64,000 bases of DNA, taken from assembly GCA_002633005.1 (NCBI GenBank), contig NMRA01000014.1:1774275-1838274 (forward strand). The letters are read 5' to 3'. Shown here in pieces: positions 39,349 to 51,334 of this stretch. Under the pieces are notes generated by a model. It was given only the letters and a program-made list of their open reading frames with translations. It ran no database searches and was not told the DNA's origin. Source of the stretch: Phoronis australis (taxonomy: Eukaryota > Animalia > Phoronida). A program made the translations under genes and the position numbers. How positions within the stretch are numbered: position 1 is the first letter of the stretch; each line of letters starts with the position of its first letter.

Positions 39349-41280
39349 AATTATACCATCGACATTTACGAGTTTCTTTAGTCAAATTACTAGTCCTGTT
39401 CAGCATTACTTCGTAAGCCAACATTAGCACGAAAGTGTTAATTAAATGTGTGAATAAATAACTCTGCATGTTGAACTCGTTCAAATGTTACTCACGTAAC
39501 CGGTCGCACAACTGAAATCAGTGAAAAACATATAAATTGTTAACGAGAATTTGAGTTAATAGGCCCTGAGCGACTAAGAAAATGACATATTTTTACCGTT
39601 CGTGTGGTATCCCAATATGAAGACTGCGTACTTTTTGGAAAGGATGGGTCTCTGGTCTCGTAGAAACGTGAATCTCGTTAAGTAAGCTAGTGTGACCACA
39701 TGCTTAGTCTTGCGAGTCCTTGCTTTTCTCGCAAGAAACGCACGCCTGCATGATGCATTGATTGGCCAAAAATCGCCGGCTTTCTCAGTTTCATAGATAG
39801 TCATCCATGTTCTGACTGGCACCAGCACTGAACGGTGACACAGTGTTGTGTGCATGCAATGTCCATCAATGCGTAATTTTGTCGTGAACTGACGGTACCC
39901 GAATGTGTAATAAAGTAAAACGTGATTTGTAATTTACTGAGCAAGTGAGCCAGAAAAGTGTCAATGTGTGATTTCTTTCTAATTCTTACACCTGGAGACT
40001 CATTATGGAAGCCATGCAGAAATTTACATGCGTCTTCCAAATTAAGTTGGTCCGTGAGGCTGTATTCCGCATAATTGAGTGAACAAATATAAGTATGCTC
40101 GTCACTTGCTTTCCATTTACCTATAAGAGTCGAAGGTAGCATGACTGTAGTTGTTTGCAGTTTAGCGAACTAAAATGAATTGATGAAGGTTAATTGCTAT
40201 TCTTAATACCTACAGTAAAGTGTCAATCCTTGTCCGCCTGAACTCTTCCATGTGCTAGGAGATTGTGCCAAAAAGACTGAGCACCAAGAGACATACACTT
40301 TCGTTTTGTACGTCCGATTTATTTCATGCACAAGTCGAAGTGTTCAGGAGATCTCCACCTCGGGGTACTTTCCGTCGCAACTTTACCGTCGGCTTCTAGC
40401 GCTCCCTCTTGAGAGCTAAGCAAGCTATTCGTTTGCATGGTCTGCATGAACACACATAGCGTTGTTTCCCAAGCTTGTTTGTGCTGTGGCGTTGGGATTT
40501 ATCGGTGCTTGTGGGTGCACAATGAACTCTACTGGCCCGACAAGTCCCACTGCTCCATCATACGTGCTTCGTTGTAGTCTAATACTATGTATGCTGCATT
40601 GAATTACTCGTTTCATTTCTCAAAAAAATTGTGGTACACAAGTCAATGTTCAGTCGCGTCGTGGTACATATTTCTTTTGTGTGAAATTCCTGAAGCCGGG
40701 AAGTTGTCAAAGCGCGAAAGAAATAAGTATTCTAGTGATGAATGGCAGGTTACATAGTAACTTACTTCCGGCCGTGAATGCCTCCAGATTGCGAGGGATG
40801 TCGAGAGTTGACACGTTCGCTTGTAGTCACCCGGTTGTGGTAGGTTATTCTGTGTATTGTATTGCTGTCGAGTTGTTCTTGGTCATTGTACGTTTAACAT
40901 GGCAATTCGTACTGGCCAGTAACATCTCTATGGTGATACAAATTTCTCAGCAGGTGAAGAAAAGATGACATATAATTTCCCCAACAAGGCAAAACGATGT
41001 GTCTGCTATTGGGGGTGGGTTGAGATCAAACTGTTCTTTATTTTGTAAGAAGAGCTATATGTAAATCCTCGATTTTTGTGAATTGCTGACCAGGTAAAAC
41101 CCTATTGATGAGGCAATTTTGAATAAAACGTGCACTTGAAAGTGCCGTTGGAATTTTTACAGGAATTGTGTACAGCAATATGCAAAGTGTTTTCGTAGTC
41201 CGTACGGTTGTTACTCAATTTCCTCTAATGTCATCCAGACACTGGTCTATGTAGGATATGTTGGCAAACTTCGTGACATT

Positions 41281-41620
41281 GGGCCCTCGTTCATCCGAGG
41301 GGAAAGGTGCCTGTGGCTTCTGAGAGGGAAATATTTCGGGGTGAGGGGGAAAATCCTACCTCCTGATCATCATCAATAGCACCCTGCCCCTGTGTCCCCA
41401 CCCCTTCTCCCCCCTCGTTGCAAGTCCTCATAGGTTTTGCCTCACCTAGCTAAAACTAGCATTTTGTATTCCTTCAAAGTGTAACCTGTGTGAGTTAAGG
41501 GTCATCGAATTTTTCTATCACTAGAAGGGAATTTATGGGCATCATGACGGGAATTTCGCATGACTTTATATTTTTCAGAGGAGAATGGGGGCGAAATTCG
41601 CCCCCAAAAGTCGAGGGATT
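41281..41620 (+). mobile_element. MITE family C
   Basis: GGGCCCTCGTTCATCCGAGGGGAAA...AAAAGTCGAGGGATT, homologous to 24546-24870. Confidence 0.75.
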
Positions 41621-41739
41621 GAGGGTCCTGTAACATCCTATCACAAAAATGGCTGGTCAGATTTATATGCAAGTTTCACGTGCTGTATGTACTGTTTTCC
41701 AGAGCATTGTGGGAATTATTTTTGCAATGTCCCTCTTTT

Positions 41740-41925
41740 GCACGAGGGGCTATCAAAAAGTATATTTGTGGAAAACTCTGACTGGCATAAAGAAGCGTTT
41801 TCAAGATTTAATCGTGAATTGTCGAATGAAATTTGGCCATGCTATTGCTAACATTGTACTGTTATTGTTATATTTTCTCTTTTCTAAATTTTGCTAATAA
41901 GGCATGATCACCTGATCCGATTATC
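41740..41925 (+). repeat. Old interspersed repeat family D
   Basis: CACGAGGGGCTATCAAAAAGTA plus the downstream block shared with 43088-43330. Confidence 0.55.
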
Positions 41926-43087
41926 TTTAGATTAATACACATTAAGTCATATTCAGCGGGCTTTGTACTTTCAGCACAAGCGCGCGCGTACATTTACGCA
42001 GTTAAATTTTGTATAGAATGTGTTTACTTCTGAGCCAGGGTCGCCTGGCTGGCGTTTTTCTGGGTTTGAACCATGATTTGAGCAAAACAGATTCTTAAAG
42101 AATGACTTATTTCGAAAGAAACTTACGCATTTTTTTAAGTTATGAAGGCTGAGCCGCTGTTACGCTGTTTACCACAAGAAACTACTCGTTAAACTGCCGA
42201 ACATGTTTGTATTTAGCCCCGTGTGTCTGCACGTGAAGCTTTGCCTATATATGAACGAGCTTGTTTAGAACAAAGCTTGGCAACGGTAGAAGCATATGCA
42301 GACACGTCACTATACGAAAACGTTTTTGTTCAAACATAATGAACACGCTTGCGTTCAGTGCCAGACCACTTGGAAGACAATTTCACTAACTGTGTGCACC
42401 GGTGAACCAGTTGAGGTTGATGTACTTTATTTCCTTTTTGTTCGTTTGTTTAGAAAACAAGAGTATTTTACCGTAATATTTACATGTCATGAAAATAGGA
42501 ACTAATCGTTGATTGGAACTGGTACGATAGCTCTTTTTACGTATAGCGTAAGGCGTCATACACAAAGAATTGTGGGATAGGGGTCATCTAAAACAGCGAG
42601 GTTTAGACGTAAATAAACGATCACCTTATTTTAGTAGTATTTCAAGCAGGCATAAGTGCGAGTAAATAGGTGATATATCCCATAATTACCAAGCCGACGA
42701 TCATCTGCGTGAGTGACACTCTGGATTATGGATTGGACGACTAGTATCTCAAATCTGCGCTCTGAGATGCGCACGTATGGAATTACCTTCTCCGTAAAGG
42801 TCATGGGGTATGCATTTGCGTCGAATTTTTTAGTTTATGATAAACGTATTTCTCAGACATTAACGGGAATGACCATTTTTTTGGTTGTTATAACCACCAA
42901 ATATTCGATAATTAAACTTAAATGTCAGCACAATACAAATAAAAATGACAGAACAGCATCATATGGACACATATTTGACTACACTAGCTGCTTTTGGCTA
43001 ATTTCGGAACATCATCTCAGAAATGGTTGATTGGATTCAAAGGAAACTTTCAAATACTGTGTTTTATGCACATTTCTCCAAAAATCT

Positions 43088-43330
43088 GATGGATATTATT
43101 TTCAATCCACGAGAGGGGCTATCAAAAGTACATGAAGGTTGCATAACGATGTTCATAAAAAATTCACAACGTTGCATAAAATAGAAAAAATATTTTTGAA
43201 AACTGTAATACCATTTTTGTGAGATTTCGTCTTGATATTTATATCTAACAAAATTTGGCCGTGTTATTAGTGCCCGACTTGCTACTTTTAGCTAAAATTT
43301 TATTAGGACATGGTAACGTGACCTAATCAG
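43088..43330 (+). repeat. Old interspersed repeat family D
   Basis: CACGAGAGGGGCTATCAAAAGTA plus the shared downstream block. Confidence 0.55.
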
Positions 43331-44580
43331 TGGCTTTTAGGTGTAATGTCAAAAATCAAAACATACATGTACAAGCCTTTTGCTTTCGTGTATGTTTTCT
43401 GACTTAATGTTTATACCTTTGTAAGCATTGCCTGAATACACGGACTTGTAGACAAGGTCTTTCTTTAACCGTAAAATTCGCTTTGATTCTGTTTTTACTA
43501 AACTGAAGACCAACTCCTCATTGAAGGAGACTGCCAGTATTCATCCACGATTTTTTAAGAATCCCACTGGCGGAGTTGGATGAAACTGAATGGATTAACC
43601 AACTACTGCAATATTCACTAGGTTTCTCTGTTGCGTGGCATATGGCCTACACTCGCATGTTTTTCCACTCAGCCGACAGATTCCCGTAGGCAGCCGAAGA
43701 CTAGATCCTGGAAGGTTTCAGAAAGGTGTGTCTGGGGTTTATACGAGCATAAGTAATGTGATTAGATTTTACAATGCCCGTAGAAATCCTAAATAACACT
43801 GAAAATAACTTCGTGACCTCTCCATGGGTTCATCCGCATGGCGAACGTTCTCATTGTACCGAAACACTTCGATTTATCAAACAGGGCTTATGGGCAATTT
43901 TACAGGTGAGGTCAAAGAAAATAGGTTCTGGTCTGTGGCTTTTTATGAAAATTGATGCGGTATTTTTAGTTGTCCATATTTAATTAAAGAAGCGTCATGT
44001 GATGCCAGCTGAAACAAGCCGGGATCCTTTCTTTCCCCTGCGCCAGCTGAATGGGTTGGGATTCCTCTTTGTTTTCTTCAAGCAGTGAGGCGCAGGTTTC
44101 AAAATAAATTGCCGGCGAAGGCCAGAACCAGTTGGAGGAATGGACAATGAAAGACTACGCATTCGTTTGACTGCGCACATTTAGGTTGCCCTCGCAGAAC
44201 TAGTATATGAGTTTCGATAAGACGGAACAACGCAACGAAAATATTTGCTACTTTTTGATCTGGTTTTGTACTGAAGCATATATCTAGGTAACGGGAACGA
44301 AGCTTTTTGGCGAAATCCTAACTAGGGAAGATGACTGTGCTGGCGAAATCCACCACGTGGAATCACTGTTGTGAACTTTCGTTGAATCTAGATTAGAACC
44401 ATAGACTCTAACAAAACACTGGCGACGTGTTATTCTGAAGGTCAAAATATTGCCCTTGTCAACCTTGTTTTATCGAAAACAACTTACAAAAAGTAAAACA
44501 ATTATCTAACTCCTTATCAACAAGTCTTATACTCAAGCACACCATGAAAAAATAAATATTTACATTTTAGCCATTCATAC

Positions 44581-44708
44581 ACAAAACGTACCGAGAGTGG
44601 CGTAGATGAAGTAATATCCCACCTGACATTATTCTGCAGTCTAAGTTATACGCGGAATAATGTCGAGTGGGATATTACTTCATCTACGCCAATCGAGGTA
44701 CGTTTTGT
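44581..44708. repeat. Fold-back palindrome (57-bp arms, 14-bp spacer), MITE-like
   Basis: 44581-44637 is the near-exact reverse complement of 44652-44708, including a perfect TGGCGTAGATGAAGTAATATCCCAC core. Confidence 0.9.
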
Positions 44709-47700
44709 ATTGTGTTTCGAATTCCCAAGTTTCTTTCATTTTTGAGGCAAATTTTTTAAATACTTCACCCATGCAGTTCACGTTGCGAATTGCACCCTAC
44801 ACGTATATACTTACTAGTTAGGTTAAAAGTTGTTGCTAGTAAAAGAAACAGTTTTAAATGTAACGATTCATTACTTGAAAAGAAATAAAAATAATGAAAC
44901 AACGGTAATTGTGCATTGAACTTGTAACATTTCCTGAAAATAGTTAAATAGCAACATTTGATATTGTAGTTACCGAGGAATCGGCGCCTGGGTTGCAGAC
45001 GATATAATATTTAGCAATCGAGAACTTGGACGAGTCATACTATCAACACTTTTGTTCATGATGTTACGTTTGGGACCTGATTGCATGCTGAGTGTTATTT
45101 ATACTGCTGCAATTGTATTAGGCCTACTTTACACTATTTTGGGAAAGTTTGATAATCAAACGGGCTAACTACGTCGAGCCGACATTGACCTACCTTTTGA
45201 ACTTTCCATGTCAGAGGGCACTGAAGAAGTGCGGGAGATGAATACGGAAAACAATATCACATGGCCGTATTGCACTCGATTGATTCAACGCACATGGGAT
45301 ACATATGCTTATTTAGATTCACGCCATTTATATTTGCATACAAGAGTAATTTGCATGTACGCCTACCCACTGATGTTTGGTTAAGGGTTTGATGCGCTTT
45401 GATCAGCAACTTTTGAACTAGAATGAAATTGAGCATTTTTCCTCGAGTGATTTACATGTACATTATGCAGGTCGCCACCTGGATGTTTTTGTGCGCCATT
45501 GTAAACTCTTAACTAATTATCAGTTAATCTCAAAAGAACGCGGGGCAACCATCACCTTGCTCCTCGATTCTATTCAAGCGTTTCCGTGCGCCCTAACTTA
45601 ATCCAGGCGCACTGGCTTATTGCGTTTACGGTGCAGATGTGATAGTGCTTTTGGAGAAAAGATCGAGTTTATCAATAGATTGTAAATAAAATGGTCGATA
45701 ACATAAAAGACGATGGCCATACATGTAGCTTCTGGTAATATATAACTGTAAAATCAAAGACCACGATGATAGTGACTGGCTGGGCAGTTAGTTCCATTAT
45801 ATTTTACACATAATGACTGTAATCTTACACAGAATCTGCTACGCTGCCGTAATCAGTTGATGAAGACCTATCACAGATGCTGTGTCAATATTCGGGCAAC
45901 ACGTTTCAAAAGCCGATTCAAAAAACCTTGCACGTCGCTTTTTGTTTTACCCATTCACTCCTAACAAAATCGACTAGGGTATGAAAGACCTTATTTCAAG
46001 TCCGTGTATTTCGCCTAGTATCTACAAAATTGCTGATTTTAACTCAGTAGAAGTATTTATCCGTCACTTTTTGCTTTTTTTCTCGACATATGTCCATTTA
46101 AAAACCATGTTCGCCCTCTAGTGATTTTTTCTAAGAACGATCTCGACGTTTAATAACGCCAGAACCATTCAATAACCTCCATATATTTTCTGAAAGTAGA
46201 ACTAGATCCTGTAGTATTTAATTTTAGGCATTTTATCAATCTGCCATTAATTGAGTCGTGTGCCAAATGAATGTCTTTCCAGTAAAATGCAGCAAACAAG
46301 AAAAGTTCATTCGTGGACATGTTTCAGATGAGATCTCAAAAAAAAACTGTTGCAGTTTTCTAACATGTAATTTCGTTTTGATTCTAGCAGCTTAAGGTTT
46401 TTCGTGAAAATCACTTTAGCCTTATATTTGACAGTTCCTCATACCGAAGGTGTTTATTTTAAAACTGTCAAACAGTACCTAAAGCAAAGTACCTGGAAGT
46501 TTCATATGAATCCGATCAGCCATTAAAGAGATGATGTTCCGAAGTGCTTAGCGAAATGTGGCATTTTTCCAAGATGCCACATAACTTCGCCAGTTGATGA
46601 GTAGCCACAGGGTATCAAGTTATTTAGAGCGAGATTAGTACGATCGCACGCGCTCTCCGAAGCTCACAATTTTGAAAATTAAAACTAAAAAAAAACAAGC
46701 TTCACATAACTTAATAGGCCTCTACATAAAAATATCGCCTGTCAACTTTACACAGGTGAGGATATGCCGCGGTACAATCGTGGGGAACTAGAACTCGCCT
46801 TATGTCAGGAGTTTGAAATGATTCTTTCTGACAAACGCAAAACAAAAAACTCATACGTGTTCCACACAATAGTAAAAGTACACCACCTGTGATCCTGAAA
46901 GTAAATGCGCACGGGTCTTATAGCTCACACAGAAAAAAATCGGAAATATGGCAATATTTTTGAAATATTTCTGTTTTAATCAACACAGTGCAAACATATA
47001 TACAATGGTAATGAAGGCAAACATTTCACATTTTCAACAAATTTTCTGCAGAACCTTCACATGCTCACAACGTTTAGGTATCTCTAACTGAACCTTTTCT
47101 TGAAACTGTTAAAAAATGCCTAGTGAGTGAATCTGGGCGAAGACAAACTTACAATAAATGATTAATATTTCCTGAAAGAAAATACACCAAATTTATTCAG
47201 GAGAGAAGAAGCCCATACAGTTATTTTGATATTTTGATAGAAAATCATTGGGAGCTTTTGGCATTGCTTTGAATTCACTACCTGGTACGTTCCGGACTGT
47301 TACTAAGCCATGCAAAACAGTCAGACAGCATTTCCATAGGATGTCGAAAAAAAAGTGAATTTACCCCATATCTACACTAACGCCCAGGCCACCACCGAGT
47401 ACGACAGCACATAAAATCAACCAGTTTCGAAAGGATTATCAACACCTTCCAAATCTGGGCAGCTCAAGTTAAGTGTAGATGTACTCTAAATTTATTGCTA
47501 CATTCAAAGTCAATTCTCGTCTGTTGCACAGGAAGAATTTATACAAAACCACTGCAGGAATGACCAAGCTTCTGAAAGGTAGGGCCACTAACAAACTTCG
47601 GAGTAGAGTTGGAAAAAACAACAAATAATTTATTGCATCCAACTCATCTCAGCACTTAATGTCACATAGCAAAAGCAAAATTTTATTAGCATGGGTATTG

Positions 47701-48165
47701 ATGAATCAATTATCATGTAAATTAATCATGAACAGTGTACAATTGCGGGAAAAGTGTCCCTACTGAGGCACAGCATTGTGGGTAAATATCGAAGAATCGG
47801 ATATGGCGGTGCAGCATCCTGAGATCTGGCTGTTCCCTTGCATTGTTGAAACCAACTTCTACCAAGGCAAGGGAAATTAAATGAATTTGTGGCAGCCTGT
47901 TTCATGATTTTGATATGTAAACAGTAAGAAATGAATAGGATAAGAAACTTTTAACAATCTCACTTCTCATTGGAACTTGATCAGCACAGTTTTTGCATTC
48001 AGTGCTAAGCCAGTGCACTCCGAATTAAGATATAAAAGCTTGATAATGAACTACATGCACACCCAACTTTTATAATCAAAGGTACAACCATGGAGGATAA
48101 GTGCTTAGAGCTTAACATGGCAACACAACTTATGGAAAGGACAATGGTAGTATCTTACAGCAGTT

Positions 48166-48415
48166 GAGAAGACTGGTTAGCTAAGTCTAAAATTTCCTAA
48201 TTGAGTGAGTACACTAAACACCGCAATTGAGAAGCTCAGTTAGATAAGTCTAGGATTACCTTTATTTAATGTTCACACTATACACTGCAGTTTAGTGAGG
48301 TACTAAACTTTTTTAGCTAAGCCTCAATTTTCGTATTAGAGTGAGTACACTACACATTGTAATTTAGAAGCTTGGTTAGCTTGGTCTAAGATTTCCTTAC
48401 TGAGTGAAGATACCA
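48166..48415. repeat. Degenerate ~63-bp tandem repeat, ~4 units
   Basis: Recurring AGAAG.....TTAG.TAAGTCTA..ATT.CCT...GAGTGAGTACACTA.ACA. Confidence 0.75.
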
Positions 48416-48883
48416 ATGTGAAAATTTATACATAAATTACATAAATTTTGATTTAGGAAACAATTGGCAAATAAGTAGTAACACAGTTATCTCCTCATTA
48501 CAATCTCAAATGGACTGCAGCGGAAGCTCAAGAGAGGCATCCAATGAAGGTGTGAATTTAGCAACTTGTTTGCAAACAGGATTGTAGAGTAATTTACCAG
48601 TTTAAATATTTGGTACATTGTCAGTTTGAGAGCACTGATATATAAGCAGTCTTCAACCTTATAACAGCAAACTGGAGTAAAAACAAATTTAGTGAAGGCC
48701 TTAAAGGTTCATTGTCAAGGTTCATTGGAACGTGGTGTTGAATAAAATATGTTCAAGTGGGATTTCATTGAAAAAATTTATTCAGAAAGAATGATTGTTC
48801 TAAGCAGTTAAATGCAGTGCTTGCAGAGACGCGTCTTCAGCTGAGTACGATGCCATTGGTGTCACGTAAAAGACGTGCTCCCC

Positions 48884-48933
48884 TCACCATGTCTCTGGCT
48901 CCTCAAACAGCTTTTCCTTGTCACTGGTGGTGT
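48884..48933 (-). CDS. Terminal coding exon of an uncharacterised spliced gene
   Basis: Acceptor CTTTACATTGCAG. A phase-1 start gives (D)TTSDKEKLFEEPETW-TGA, compatible with the phase-1 end of exon 57879-57994. Confidence 0.7.
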
Positions 48934-51225
48934 CTGCAATGTAAAGATAATTTACTTACGTCATTCAGAGTGATAATAGGGGTAAGGCAATCATTCTCTC
49001 ATATCTATGTGAGCATTAAAGTCAGATAAATTGGAAGTAACAATGATGGGGCAAATGCTATTTAATTTTATTAGTCAACAGAGATCAGCAGATTTTGGGC
49101 AGTGACCAACAAACAAGCCCCTGGAGATGAGTTTACCAATGCCATTAACCTTCTGATAATACTTTTAAGGGAAGAATGAAACATGCTCACAAGATTTTCT
49201 TTAGAACAGGTGCAACTAGTCTAATCATTAAAAAAATTAATGTACCTTAACATTTCAAACGTATTTTATTTAAATTTCTTTGGTTAATTTTTAGCATTTT
49301 GGAAAATTGAGGTGCCAACGTTGTAAGAAGAACTTCAACACGTTGAACAAATATTTTCTCTTAAAACAGTCCATGACTTTCACTCGACAGTGCGAGGGAA
49401 GGGGGGTTCAAGAGAAACATGGTGAACTTTGTCAGTTTAGAACACAGACTGGCAGAAGAGGAGATTTTATTCTTTAAAACATCTTCAGAAAATGGGTTTC
49501 AGAAAAAAATTCACTATCAATGCAGTTGTCACACTAATAGTAATGCTTCATTGTAACTCTGACAATTTCTTGTTACTATTGGCTGTTTTAACCTATTCAC
49601 CTAAACAAAAAGTGACCTTTTATCATTCTGTTATACCAGAAACAGAACAATTGATTAACACAAGACCCATGTTCAACAATAAGTACACATAGCTTATGGC
49701 CCTCCAGCTAACACAATTGTGTTGTTACATAAAAGTGACTACCCTGCTGTGTTGTCTACCATAGGTGACAACATAGCTTGCTTTGTTTCAACCTATGCAC
49801 CAACATCAACTAAAGTAAATATTAGCATAATTGCCTATCCCCAACAGCCTTTTTCCAAGAATTAAGTTTGGTTGCACTTTCTGTTTCTGACTAGCATTCC
49901 TTGAATAAACAAAGGTTTGGTAAATACCATTATTGTTCAACAGCAATAAGCACTGAATGCATTCCAATGAGACTCGGTCAACTCCAAATCAGTCGTCTAT
50001 TAAACGCACGATGTATTCCCGTTATTCCACTTGACAGAAAAAAGCCAGAACATTTGCACTGCCACATATTGCGTTTCCTTGCGACAACTTGGGATTTTGC
50101 CAGATAACACTTGGCGCTTTGATGTTACGCAAAGCATTTTGCCCCATTTTGTTCGAGACACTTGATGGCTTTTAGAAATCTTAAAAAGGTGGTAAAGAAA
50201 AGACGAGTAATTGAAAACGAAATGTAAACTGATGACTGAACGGCTTGCTGATGATAGTAAACAGCTGCTTCTAAATCTTCCACCAAGTTACATGACTGTT
50301 GGTTACAGCAAATTTAAACAGGTCGCAGCTCAACTGGAAAATGGCTGCAAATTATTTCTGCTATATAGGACATTACAAAGGGAGCATACCACCTAAAGTT
50401 GAATCAAGTCCACATGTATTGCGTAACATTTCAATAAATGCATTATGGTATTTTGATTTCTTTGTTCATGTTAAATCCACATTTCTCTGCTGTTTAACTA
50501 TCTAAATGTTGAAAATCATATTAGGAATTTTACTCACAAAAAATCATTCTCATTAACATTCATTCGACTGTGTTGATTTATTCCATTACTAAATTAAGTC
50601 ACTAGCAACGTGCACAAGAACATTTGTTCGTAATTTTAGGGTTGGCCAAATCCAGTAAACTCTAAACGTTTTCTTCAGTTGCTGATGATTTCGTTGTTCT
50701 TGTTGGTAACAGAATAGAATCCTATCACAATAAGAGGTATTATAATTGAAAGTAAGAAGCTCAATTCTATTTATGTTTTTTTTATTTTTGGCCACCTAAA
50801 CAGGGCTGTAACATAAACTCAGTAGATGTTGTTGTATGTGACTTATGAATAAACGTCACCCAGTACATGTACATCACAAGGGGAAATGCAGCTTTATATT
50901 CCCAACATCCCTATGATATATGCAAATGTCGCTCACGAGGTGGCCATGCGGTAACCTCATCACTAACGTCTGTTGGTCCATCCTTACACAAACACCTAAT
51001 CCTGTTGGGTAGTGGAAAGTTAGCTGTCAAGAGTCATGGAATTTTTCTTTCCATGATTCTGACAGGTAACTTAGTTTGCATTACCCATATTCTAACAGAG
51101 TCGGTGATAAGAACATTCATACAATCTGTCCTGCTTACATTTGGCATGACGTTTTGGTCCATCAATTCTCCAGCCATCTTTCAAAAGATGTTAGAGACTT
51201 CTCAGAAAAAACAGCCACTGAGGAG

Positions 51226-51334
51226 GTAATAGTAGGATAAAACACGCCCGCATTTTGAGAACCAGTTTTCTCCACTAAATAACCGGTATCCAACTGGTTC
51301 TCATAACGTGGGCACGTTATATTCGACTACTGCC
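51226..51334. repeat. Diverged fold-back palindrome, MITE-like
   Basis: ...GCCCGCATTTTGAGAACCAGTT / AACTGGTTCTCATAACGTGGGC..., arms of about 40 bp. Confidence 0.7.

Noticed and set aside
51139-51177. Possible 39-nt phase 1-1 exon (GWRIDGPKRHAK) in the last intron
   Set aside because: It is phase-compatible, but the AAG acceptor is weak and there is no other support.
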